Source: Octopus vulgaris (Eukaryota). From it: a stretch of DNA of 64,000 bases. Each line of letters begins with the position of its first letter. The first letter of the stretch is position 1. The notes under the pieces were generated by a model that was not told where the DNA came from, made no database searches, and saw only the letters and a program-made list of their open reading frames with translations. The translations under genes and the position numbers were made by a program. Positions 13,304 to 25,700 of the stretch are shown here, one piece after another. Where the stretch lies: positions 310,001 to 374,000 of the forward strand of contig OX597817.1 in assembly GCA_951406725.2 (NCBI GenBank). The letters run 5' to 3'.

Positions 13304-14029
13304 TCTCTATATATATCAACAGCAAAATGTGTGTGTGTGTGTGTCCTTTATACAAATCCACAATTTTTCAGTTAGAGGGCTCGCACTTTCTATGGTCATT
13401 AAAAACCGTCCAAGGGTGGTTGTGAAGATCTTTTTATTTCCCAGTTACCCCTGAAAGCTATTTGAAAAGATCGATAAACCGACCCCCTAAGTTTCAGGTA
13501 ACAAAAGTCTTTAATACAAGGGACGTAACTCACTTAATCCAGGCGTTTAATCTGAAGATATTAAACCATAGCAAGGGAAATAACTCTTTAAAACCCTGCA
13601 TTTCCCTCCCTTTGTTATGTATCATACCTCAATACGGTGCCAGACCAATTTATCCAATTTAGGACCGGAACTGTCCCAGATTTCTGGATTTTCCAGTTTC
13701 CCAGAGAATTTCTAAACGTTTGCTTCAAATTTCTATATCTATAAATGGCAAAATGTCTGTTTTTTGATTGGACGGAGATAATTTTACACCTGACAGTTGG
13801 ATGCGCGTGCGCATTTGCAGACAGTCTGTAATGACTGCGCATTTTTGTGTTTTGCGAAGACGCGTTATCATGTGTTTTGGCTTTCAAACGTGAAAGATTT
13901 TTTGATTTGAGAAATGCAGGGAATAATTAACGAGTTAGACCAAGTGAATGACAAGAGAACGGGATTTTCATGGTAGACCAAATATACTCGAGTAGCACTG
14001 GACTCAACAGCGCTGGGTCATAGTGCTAG
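13304..14029 (+). mobile_element. non-autonomous Helitron-like element
   Basis: A|TC start with (TA)/(TG) head; subterminal GC hairpin gcactggactc...gggtcatagtgc; CTAG|T end; no TSD. Confidence 0.7.
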
Positions 14030-16250
14030 TATATATGTATTTTAGACATATGCCCTGTGCCAGCATCATGTAAAAAAAAGCAATTTGCAACATAAAAAGC
14101 ACCCATTCCAGTGCTACATAAAAAGCTGACACCACATAAAAAGCACCCATTGCCACTCCGTAAAACTGTTGGCATTAGGAAGGGCATCCAATCATGAAAC
14201 CATGCCAAAGCAGACATTGGAGCTTGGTGCCACTGTCAAACCATGCCAGTGTGATAAATGGACGTTAACAGACAGTAAGTTTCTGTACAGTCTCTCCCCA
14301 CCAAATTCCACAAACAAGGTTTGAGAAATCTAATAATATGGTTGAAAACAACTGCCAAAAAGTTCATCCAGTAAGGATCAAATTCAAAATGTCTTAACCT
14401 TACAGCCATGTTGTGTGTTCTGGTGAAAGTAGTACATATTTCCATTCATAAACAGAATGCTTCATTATCATCATCATCATCATCGTTTAACGTCTGTTTT
14501 CCATGCTAGCATAGGTTGGACGGTTCGATCAGGGTCTGAGAAGCCAGGAGGCTGCACCAGGCTCTAATCTGATCTGGCAGTGTTTCTTTGGCTGGATGCC
14601 CTTCCTAACGCCAACCACTCCGTGAGTGTAGTGGGTGCTTTTTACGTGCCAGGCGAGGCTGGCAACGGCCACAGTCGATTGGTGCTTTTTACGTGCCACC
14701 AACACAGGGATCACAACTACAATTTCCATTTATTTCAAGCTTCAGGCTTAAAATAACTTACAGACTAATGATTTGTGAACAGATTTTACAGAGAACAAAA
14801 AAAATTAATAAAAATATTGTCTCAAAAGTGAAGACATAAATACATCATCCCATAACTGTCATCATTTTTATGTCAACTTTTCTATACTTGCACGGGTTAG
14901 ATGGAAGTGTGTTGGGGAAAAGTTTTCTACAACCAGATGCACTTCCAGTTGCCAACCTCTGTTTTCAAGTGAGGTAATAATCTTTCAGTGAATCACACAA
15001 CAAATAACCTGGGCATGTTTATGGAAAGAACTGAAAATTAGATGACACCATCAGCAATTCCATTGGTTGTGTAGGGTTTAGACAACCGCACGTAAGGAGT
15101 TGGCAACAAATGTCTCCTTAAGAACACCGCACGGTTGTTCCCTAGCATAATATGAAGCCAAATACATAATATATAAAATATAGTTTAATAATTACAGAAA
15201 TACATTCATTAGTAAACTGAAGAACGTGAAGAAAGAGAAAATAATTTCTACATTATTTTATTATATACACATAGCAATTTTAATATTTATATACATTTTG
15301 AAGAAAAGTAATTTTTGTCGTAGAGAATTACGACTTAATATTTTAGCTAACTAATTCCTCATTCTAGCTATATTAAATTTCAACAATTCAAACAAGTCTT
15401 GTTGGATATTTCATGGACACGGCATAAAAAATAACCAATGTCTCAAAGGAGCGTCATGGAGTTTAGTTACATCCCACAAACACTGAAGTTTTTCCCAAAA
15501 TCCAGGGTTTTTATAACTGCTCAACTTGACTTTAAAGTATCAAAATCACATAAAAATATTCTTTAACTAATTTTAGAATTCCTATATGAGCAGTTATTTC
15601 AACCAATGGAAAATCGACAATCATATTTCTTTGGCAATACAACATTACGTCATATTGCCAGCTACCACAACTTGGCGCTACTATTTGAAAATGGCTACAC
15701 GCTACAGTTGCAACCAATGAAAGAACACACATGAAGATGATGGATATACAAATCCTCACACATATATATCTATACACACACAATAGGCTTCTTTCAGTTT
15801 TTGTTTATGAAATCTACTCACAAGGCTTTGGTCAACTTGGGGCTATAGTGGAAGACACTTGCCCAAAGTGCCTGCAGTGGGATTGAACCTGGAACCAGAT
15901 GGTGGAGAAGCAAACTTCTTAACTACATATCCATGCTAGAGCCTCTGGGTTTCTTATTAATCATACAAAAAGGGAATCATTTCTAACTGAAGAATTTGCT
16001 TAGCAGTTATAATAAATATGTGATGGGCACAGGCATAGCTTTGTGGATTCCTTCTCTACCATATGGTCTCAGATTCAGTCTCACTGCATGGCACAATGGG
16101 CAGGTGTCTTGCATTATAGCCTGGAGCCAGCAAAACCTTGTGAGAAAGAGAAACTGCAAAACCCAATAAATATATGTTTATGTGTGTGCATAGAAAAGTG
16201 GTTGTTAAATGACAATGACGACAATGTGTTTGAAACTTCCAATAACTTAC

Positions 16251-16409
16251 TTTTCTCTGTTGCTTACGGGTTGAATTTTTATCATTGTCCTCCCAAAGCT
16301 TGTCCTTAGCTTCCTTATTTTTCCGTTGTATTTCTTCTTGGCGTTTAGCTTCTTTACGTACACGAGCTTGAACAGCCTTGCTGTTCTCTCCTTGAAATTT
16401 CTTTGGCAT
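16251..16409 (-). CDS. CCDC124: CCDC124/Lso2 (ribosome hibernation factor), first coding exon
   Basis: MPKKFQGENSKAVQARVRKEAKRQEEIQRKNKEAKDKLWEDNDKNSTRKQQRK (53 codons) ends at a phase-0 GTAAGT donor (16250); polypyrimidine tract and CAG acceptor at 16434-16436 put the exon start at ~16433. Confidence 0.9.
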
Positions 16410-16541
16410 CCTGTAGGGTGTCATCTTGTCAAACTGAAAAGTAAAAACATATGAAAATAACATGGAATGTTACATATCCATTGAAGTTTTCAAGTAATCA
16501 AAATTTATACCATATTTTCTAACACAGAAAGTTGAATTTTT

Positions 16542-17119
16542 GGTTAAACTAAAGCGTTTGACCCGGTCATAAAAACAAAAAAAAAAAAAGAATAGTGTAA
16601 TAGGTGTAAAACAACTTCCTCTAAACGAATATGACAAAAATAAATGCGTTCTTGCAAAGGGGGTGGGGGAGAGGCCTTGGAAAATTCACATCTTCAGTCC
16701 ATGGCCTTTAAACTATAGTGTTTGACCTGGGCCGAAAAAAAATTTTAAAATATAGTGTAATTGGTGTAAAACTACTTGTTCTAAACGCTTATCAAGAACA
16801 TACACACACACACACACACACACAAAGAGAAAGGGTTGGTTCAAGGCAAGTGTGTTTAAAATCTCCCTAACAAAAAGAAGAGAGGTTGTTTGGCTATGGA
16901 CTACATTGATCTTTCCATGTTATGGTTTAGCCACTATTTACACTATTTTTTTTTTGTTTTTGTGCCCGGATCAGACCCGGAACATTCACGATGTTAATTT
17001 TCCGAGGCCTCTCTCCCACCCCCTTTTGCAAGCACGCATTTTTTTTTCATATTCGTTTAGAGCAAGTTGTTTTACACTTATTACACTTTTACGACCGGGT
17101 CAAACGCTTTAGTTTGACC
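16542..17119. mobile_element. MITE with long (~130-150 bp) imperfect TIRs and an 8-bp TSD
   Basis: ggttaaactaaagcgtttgacccggtc... / ...gaccgggtcaaacgctttagtttgacc; TSD gaattttt at 16534-16541 and 17120-17127; GG termini suggest Merlin- or MULE-like. Confidence 0.8.
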
Positions 17120-17619
17120 GAATTTTTCAGGCCAAAATTTACAACCCAAAAATGGTAGTGCGACCTATACATCAAAACAACTTCCATGTGAAATGGTCAG
17201 GATTTTAAAAAGATAGTGATGCAGTTTGAATGTTTACACTACGTATTTCTACTATATACTACATCGTCGTTGTCATTTAATATCCGTTTTCCATGCCAGC
17301 ATGGGTTGGATGGTTTGACTGAAAACTGGTAAACTGGGAGCTATGCCGGGTTTCAATCTGATTTGGCATGGTTTCTACAGCTGGATGCCCTTCCTAACAA
17401 AACACCAGCATTGGCTACAACTACAATCACACTTGGCTTGACAGATCTTCTCAAGCATGGTATATTGCCAAACGTATCAGTCATTTGTCACTGCCTCCAT
17501 GAGACCCAAAGATAGATGGGAGCTTTTTACCTGGGTGCCAGGTATGTGACACTGGCATCAGCCATGATTACGATCTTATTTGGCTTGAAAGCTCTTCGTA
17601 TTTATGAGGAAAGGTCTTT

Positions 17620-18870
17620 GTATTTACGAGGGAAGATCTTTAAAAGGCTGTTCATAGTGGCACTTAGAAATGCCACTACGAAAGGCTACTAAATGTAGAG
17701 AATGCATGGGAGAGGGAGAGTCTGCCTAGTGTGGATCCAACAGAGGAACAGCAATCCAAATAGACAGTAGCATGGTAGACAAAGCCATGAAGGATATGAA
17801 GATGAGGAAAGACCCTAGCCCATCAAGAATCACTGCTGAGATGCTTAAGATATCTGACAGTGTGGGTTATGGTCTAGTCACCCGTATAGTAAATCAGGTT
17901 GTATACAAAGGAGTCATACCCAATGATTGGTGTAGCAGCAACTTAGTCAACTGCTACAAAGGCGATGCCTCAGAAATTATTACAGACGCATCAAATTGTT
18001 GGATCGGGTGATGAAAGATGCGGAGAGAATCATAGCCAAACTAATTAGGGAGAGGGTAAGTCTGGATGAGATGCAGTTTGGTTTTGTGCCAAGAGGAAGC
18101 AACACCGATTCTATATTTCTGGTAAGGTAGCTGCAGGAGAAGTACAAACCTCTGTACTTGGCTTTTGTTGATACAGAGAAAACCTTTGAAAGGATCCCCC
18201 AATCCCTTAACTGGTGTTCAATGCAGAAGCTAGGGATAGATGGGTGGTTGGTGAGAACTGTACAAGCCATATACAGGGATGCTGTCAGTAAGGTGAAGAT
18301 TGGCAATGAGTATAGTGAAGAATCCAGGGTACAAGTATGGGTTCACCAAGTCCTCAGCCCTCTCTTGTTCATCATAGTCCTCCAGATAATAACAGAGAAA
18401 TTTAAGACAAGCTATCCCTAGGAGCTCCTCTATGCTGATGACCTTGTTCTTAAAGCTGAATCACTACCAGAACTAGAGAAAATGTTTCAGGTGTGGAAGC
18501 AAGGTCTAGAATTGAAGGGCCTCAGAGTTAACCTAGCAAAAACCAAAGTCTTACACAAGATGTACCCAATACAAGCTATGGACACATAAGAGCTGCAGCA
18601 ATATTGCCAGGAAGATTAACAGAGAAAGCAGCTTTTGTGTGCGGAAGATGCACAGGAAGAATTAACACTAAAAATGTAGAGAAAATAGAAAAATAGAAAA
18701 ATGCCAGCAGGGAAACTAGAAGTAGTTGATAGCATCTGTTACCTCGGTAACCAAGTCAGTAGCAGGGGCAGATGCACTGAAAGCACAGCTGCAAAAATAA
18801 CAATCGACTGGACAAAGTTCAGAGAGAAATGATGCCTATGTGTGAAAAGCTATGTTACATTGCAGTGAAA
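17620..18870 (+). mobile_element. degenerate RTE LINE reverse transcriptase
   Basis: IPNDW, QFGFVP, AFVDTEK, LSPLLF and LLYADD motifs with stops and frameshifts. Confidence 0.85.
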
Positions 18871-19369
18871 CATGAGCTGTGACCACCAACAAAATGTGGA
18901 TAGTCACGTTCAATGCTTGTGCCATGTAAATGACACCTGTTCATCACAGTTGTGGTCATCAATGGTGTCGTGTAAATTGGCACCCAGGAATTGTGGTCAT
19001 TGGCAGTACCATGTAAATGGTACCGGTGAGACCTTAACCCTAACCCTATTCCGGTGCCATGCAAATGGCACCCATGAATCGCAGTCACCCCTGCGTCGTG
19101 GTCATTGCTGGTGTCATATAAATGGCACCCACCAGTGAATTGTAGTCATGGTCATTGCCAGTGTCATGTAAATGGAGAGTGGACATTAAATGATGATGTA
19201 CATATACATAGTTGAAAAAAGATTAAGAGTCCATACAAGTCAGAAATTATGGTTAAAAAAGTAAATAAAGTTGGAAAAGGCACAAAAGTATATTTTACAG
19301 TATGTTTAATATTTTTGTTACAGTGAATGATTTAAAATATAATTGGCTTTGATGTGTATATACATACGG

Positions 19370-20320
19370 CCTCACATAGAATGAAAGGCAGACTGTACGA
19401 CGCCTGTGTGTGAAGAGCCATGCTACATGGCAGTGAAACATGGGCTATGACTGCTGAGGACATGCAAAGGCTTATAAGAAATGAAGCTAGTATGCTTCGC
19501 TGGATGTGCAATGTAAGTGTGCTTGCATGACAGCGTGTAAGAGTACTGAGAGAAAAGTTGAACACAAGAAGCATTAGATATGGTGTGCAGGAGAGACAAC
19601 TGCACTGGTATGGGTATTTGATGCATATGGATGAGGACAGCTATGTGAAGAAGTCTCATAATCTAACAGTGGAGGGAACCCATAGAAAAGGTCGACAGAG
19701 GAAGACATGGGATGAAGTGACGAAGAACTATCTTCGAATGTTGGGCCTCACAGAGGCAATGACAAGCGACCGAGACCTTTGGATATATGCCATGCTTGAG
19801 AAGACCCCTCAAGCCAAGAAAGACGGGAGTTGTGGCTGATGCCAGTGTCACATAACTTTCCCGTTAAAAGCACCCGTCAATTGTTGGGTGATCTGCTGTG
19901 CTTGTGAAGACAAGTTGAACCAAGGGAAGTCATAGTTGTGGCCAACGCCAATGTCATCTGACTGGCATCCATGCTAGTGGCACATAAAAAGCACCATTTG
20001 AGCGTTGGATCTCATGGAGGCAGTGACAGGTGACCAAGACCTTTGTTGATAAACTGTGCTTTTGTATACCTGTCAAGCCAAATGAGACTGTAGCTGTGGC
20101 CGATGCCAGTGTCAGGTCAATGGCATCCATGCTGGTGATACGTAAAAAACACCCACTACACTCTCGGGGTGGTTGGCATTGGGAAGGGCATCCAGCCATA
20201 GAAACCTTGCCAAATCAGATCATAACCTGGTGCAGACCCACAGCTTACCAGTCTTCAGTCAAACTATCCAATCCATGCCAGCATAGAAAGCAGATGTTAA
20301 ATGATGATAATGATGGTAAT
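19370..20320 (+). mobile_element. RTE LINE 3' fragment
   Basis: KGRLYDACV..ERQLHWYG..GRQRKTWDEV..DRDLW, then 3'UTR and (GAT) tail. Confidence 0.85.
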
Positions 20321-20339
20321 ACATCATTGGCCCTGCTCA

Positions 20340-21528
20340 ATCTGTAGAAAAGGTGTAGGTAGGGACTCCATAAGATGTACCTAGCGTAAGCTATGGACAC
20401 ATAAGAGGTGCAGCAACATCAAAGGAAGATTAACTGAGAGGATAGCTTTCGCGTGCGACAGATGCACAGAGGCAACAGACACCACAGATGCTCAGAAAAC
20501 AGATTCCATCACACTCCAGGGGGAGAAACTTGAAGTAGTTGATAGCTTCCACTACCTAGGTGACCAAGTTAATAGTGGGGGTGGATGCTCAGAGAGTGTT
20601 ACCGCTAGAATAAGAATAGCCTGGGCAAAGTTTAGAAAGCTTCTACCCCTACTGGTGACAAGGGGTCGCTTGCTCAAAGTAAAAGGCAGATTGTATGATG
20701 CATGTGTGCGAACTGCCATGCCTCACTGCAGCAAAACATGGTCCGTGACTGCGGAGGACATGCGTAGGCTCGAAAGAAATGAAGCTAGCATGATCTGCTG
20801 GATGTGTAATGTCAGTGTGCATGCAGGACAGAGTGTAAGCACCCTGAGAGAAATGTTGGACATAAGAAGCATCGGATGTGGCGTGCAAGAAAGACGTTTG
20901 CGCTGGTATGGTCATGTACTAAGGATGGATGAGGAGAGATGTGTGAAGAAGTGCCACTCCCAAACAGTTGAAGGAATCCGAGGTAGAGGTAGACCCAGGA
21001 AGACATGGGATGAGGTGGTCAAATATGACCTTCAAACATTGGGCCTCACAGAGACAATGACGAAAGACCGAGACCTCTGGAGATATGCTGTGACTTTGAA
21101 GACCTGACAAATGAAGTGAGTTCATTGCTGTATCTTGCACCAGCTTCACATAACCAGCCCCAGCCCATTCAAAGTATGTTCGATCGTAGGGCGACCTGCT
21201 ATGCTTGAGGAGACCTTTTGAGTCAAGTACATCAACATCAAAATAAAAATCAAATGGAAATTGTAGTTGTGATACCAGTACTGGTGGCACGTAAAAAGCA
21301 CCATCCGAACGTGGCCGATGCCAGCAGTGCCTTGACTGGTTTCCGTGCCGGTGGCACATAAAAAGCACCCACTACACTCACAGAGTGGTCGGCATTAGGA
21401 AAGGCATCCAGCTGTAGAAACACTGCCATATCAGACTGGAGCCTGGTGCAGCCTCCTGGCTTCCCAGAAACTGGTCAAACCATCCAACCCGTGGTAGCAT
21501 GGAAAACAGACGTTAAATGATGATGATG

Positions 21529-21530
<2 letters not shown>
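20340..21530 (+). mobile_element. RTE LINE 3' fragment
   Basis: ORF 20655-21107 RRLRWYGHVLRM..RGRPRKTW..DRDLWR; 3'UTR ends in (GAT)n. Confidence 0.9.
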
Positions 21531-21586
<56 letters not shown>

Positions 21587-21589
21587 AAT

Positions 21590-21655
21590 ACGATAAGTGG
21601 CTAACTCTAGTGCTAGAAATAGCTATTTCTAGCACTAGAGTTAGCCACTTATCGT
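21590..21655. repeat. perfect 66-bp palindrome with no spacer
   Basis: acgataagtggctaactctagtgctagaaatag|ctatttctagcactagagttagccacttatcgt. Confidence 0.95.
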
Positions 21656-21794
21656 TAACTCTCTTATATTTATATATAAATTTTCACTGTCTCCCTGGTT
21701 TCTATGTGCTAGGCCACTTGGTGTTAAACTGATGGTATTATTAAATTAATATCTAATTTTTCACCCTCATTTATGTATATATATATATATATAT

Positions 21795-22095
21795 CACCGT
21801 GACCGACCAGGCTATCAGATGTTGCTACATATCGCTGGTCACAATGCGCTTCGCATTGTTTTAGCCTTCAAATGACACCACCCTGCTGGCTAAGTGAGCT
21901 GGCCAACAGAAGAAAGAGTAAGAGAAAGTTGTGGCGAAAGAGTACAGCAGGGAACACCACCACCCCCTGCCAGAGCCTCGTGGAGCTTTAGGTGATTTCG
22001 CTCAATAAACACTCAGAACGCCCAGTCTGGGAATCGAAACTGTGATCCTATGACCGCGAGTCCGCTGCACTAACCAGTGGGCCATTGCGCCTCCA
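21795..22095 (-). mobile_element. tRNA-derived SINE (second family)
   Basis: Minus strand: gtggaggcgcaaTGGCCCACTGG...GTTTCGATTCCC; tail shared with 1709-1776. Confidence 0.8.
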
Positions 22096-22704
22096 CACAC
22101 ACATTTACTTATATCCACACACATCATCATCATCACTTAACCCACGTTGTCCATACTGGCATGGGTTGAATGATTTGACCACAGCTGGTAAGTTGAGGGG
22201 CTGCACCAGACTGTAGTCTGATTTGGCATGGTTTCTATTGTTGGATACCCTTCCTAATGCCAACCACTCCGAGAGTATAATCGATGCCCTTACGTGCCAC
22301 CAGCATAGGTGCTGGTTGCGTGACACCAGTATCTACCACGATTACAATTTCACTTGGCTAGATGGGTCTTCTTCTAAAGCACATCATATTGCAAGAGGTC
22401 TTATTCATCTGACATTGCCTTTGTGTAGTTCAACGCTTGACAGATGCTTTCTATGTGCCACCAGACAAGATGCTAGATACCACTATCAGCCACACTACCT
22501 TTGTGAAGCCTAAAGCTTGCAACAACATCATCAGCGACATTGCCTTCATGAGGCCCAACGTTTAGAGATCATGCTTCACCACTTCGTCCTATGTCTTCCA
22601 CAGAGTCCAACCCATGACAGCATGGGTGAAAGCATGAGTTAAATAATGATGATGATATATATATATATAGAAATATACACATCTATATATATACACATGT
22701 ATGT

Positions 22705-25700
22705 CATCATCAATTAACGTCTGCTTTCCATGCTGGCATGGGTTTGACTGGGGTCTGGAGAGCCAGCGGCTGCACCAGGCTCCAATCTGATCTGGCAGAG
22801 TTTCTACAGCTCGATGCCCTTCCTAAGGCCAACCACTCCGAGAGTGTAGTGGGTGCTTTTTACATGCCACCAGCACAGGAGCCAGTAAGGGGGGTACTGG
22901 CGTCAGTAACAGTAGGTTGGTGCTTTTTACATGCCACCGATACCGGAGCCAGTAAGGCTGGCCTGGCAACAAACACATTCGGATGGTGCTTATTATGTGC
23001 CACCGGCACAGGAGCCAGTCAGGGGGTACTGACATCGGTCACGATCGGTCGGTGCCTTTTATATACCACTGGCACAGGAGCCAATCAGGCAGACCTGGCA
23101 TCGACCATGTTTGGATGGTGCTTTTTACATGCCATCAGCGCAGGAGCCACCAGCCCCAGCTACGATATTGGTTTTGCTTGGCTCAACAGGTCTTCTCAAG
23201 CATATCATATTGCCCAATGCATCAGGGGTATTCTTAACAGGGCTGGACGTGTGTGGCTGCGATCTCACTTTAGTTGCCGAGTCTTCTCAAACACATCATA
23301 TCTCCAAACTTCCCGGTCTTCTGTCATTGCCTCTGTGAAGTCCAATGTTTGATGGTCATGCTTCACCACCTCATCCCATGTCTTCCAGGGTCTACCTCTT
23401 CCACAGGTTCCTTCTACAGTTAGGGAGTGGCACTTCCTCACACAGCTGTCTTCATTCATATGTAACACATGGCCAAACCAGCACAGTCGCCTCTCTTGCC
23501 AACCACATTTGATGTTTCTTATGCCCAACTTTTCTCTCAGGGCATATACACTCTGTTCTGTATGCACACTGACATTACACATCCAGTGGATCATTCTGGC
23601 TTCATTTCTTTCAAGCCTACGCATGTCCTCAGCATTCATGGCCCATGTTTCACTGCAATGTAGCATGGCAGTTCACACACATGCATCATACAGTCTACCT
23701 TTCACCCTGAGTGAGAGGCTCTTTGTTGCCAGCAGAGGTAGGAGCTCCCTGAACTTTGTCCAGGATATTGTTACTCTAGTCGCTACACTCACAGAGCAAC
23801 CACCCCCACTACAGACTTTTTTCTCTCCCTGGCATGTGATGGAATCTGTTTTCTGTACATCTTCAGTGTTTATTGCCCCAGTGCATCTGACAAACACAAA
23901 AACTGTCTTCCCAGCTAGCCTTCCCTTGATATTGCTGCACCTCCTATGTGTCCATAGCTTACACTAAGTACATTGTATGGAGTTGCTACCCACGCCTTTT
24001 CTACAGATCGAGCAAGGCCATCTACCTGAGTAAGTTCATCAGCATAGAGGAGCTCCCAGGGGCAGCCTGTCTTGAATTCCTCTGTTATTGCCTGGAGGAC
24101 TATAATGAATAAGAGGGGGCTGAGGACTGATCCTTGGTGAACCCCTACTTCTACTCATTACCAATCCTCACCTTACTGACAGCGTCCCTGTACAGAGCTT
24201 GTACAGCTCTTACGAGCCACTCATCTATTCCCAGATAAGAGGTTGGGAGATGCTATCAAAGACTTTCTCCAAGTCAACAAAAGCCAAGTACAAAAGTTTA
24301 GCTTTGCTAGAAATTTCTCCTCCATCTCATCTAGGCTAACTCTATCCCCAATTAGTTGGCATTTGACCCTCTCTGTAACTTTCATCACCTGATCCAATAA
24401 CTTGATACGTCTGTAATTATTTCTATCTAAAGCATCACCTTTCCCCTTGTAGTAGTAGACTATGGTGCTACTACACCAGTCATTGGGTATGACACCTTCA
24501 TGAACTACCTGATTTATGATACGGGTGGGAAGATCATAACCCACACAGCCAGATATTTTAAGCATCCCAGCAATGATTCCCAAAAGGGCCAGGTGCTTTA
24601 CCTGCCTTCATATCCTTGATTGCTTCATCTACCAGGATACTGTCGATTTGAATAGCTAGTCCCTCAACTGGGTCAACCTTTGGCAGACTCTCCTCCTCCC
24701 ATTCATTCTCCACATTCAGCAGTCTCCAAGCCTCTTTCTTTGCAGAACCATGAAACGCAAGGGCACCAACATCCACGTGGACACATTTCTCTCCAATGAC
24801 AGCACGGTTTTCTCTCACACACTGTCTTGCAATCCGAAATACTTCAGTTCTCTGGTCCTCGTGTCACTGAACATTGGCAAACTTCTTTTCTGCTACTCCC
24901 TTGGCTATATATACCTGTCTCTTAACTTCCTTTTGGCTATCTGATACATTCTCCTGCTACCTCCACTCTTCCAGGCCTGTTTCTTTGCTCTAATAGCCCT
25001 GTCTACAGTATTGTTCCACCACCATGTTACCCTAGCTTTGGAAGGGACTTTTCACCATCCACAGATTTGGTCTGTGACACTCAGCAAGCTGTCTTGCTGG
25101 AATTCCCAAGTGCCTTCTATGTCACAGGACTGTAGCTCCTTCTCCCTATCATCAAATTTCTCAGTAAAGATATCCCTAAATCCCTGACCATGTGAAGGGC
25201 TCCTAAGCTTCCAAGTCCTTCTTTTCCAGATTGGTCTGGTTTTTGGTATCCTTCTGGCCTCAAATCTAATGTCACTTATAACTAGTCTATGTTGGGGGGG
25301 GGGGGGTACATTCTTCATCAGGGAGGGTCATTCTATTTAAAAGCAACCATGCATCCCACTGTCTGGTAAGAATGAAATCAATCTGGCTAGCGAAGTCACC
25401 TGATTGATAGGTTATCAGGTGGCTAGTTGGCTTCCTGAAGTTGGTGTAGCAGATCAATAGGTTATTTGCAATGCAGAACTCCAGAAGCCTAGTTTCCTCT
25501 TCATTTCTGGTACCAACTACATGGCCCCCATGTACACCATGGAAGATATCAGGTTGCTGTCAGACATGCCCATTAAAATCTCCATCCACAAAGATGAGAT
25601 CATTGTCAATTGTCTTTGAGGTAGCCCGCAGAAGAATATCCCTCTGTTCATTTGGTAGGCCCGCTTGTGGGGTGTAGGCAGAGATAATTGAAGCTATACC

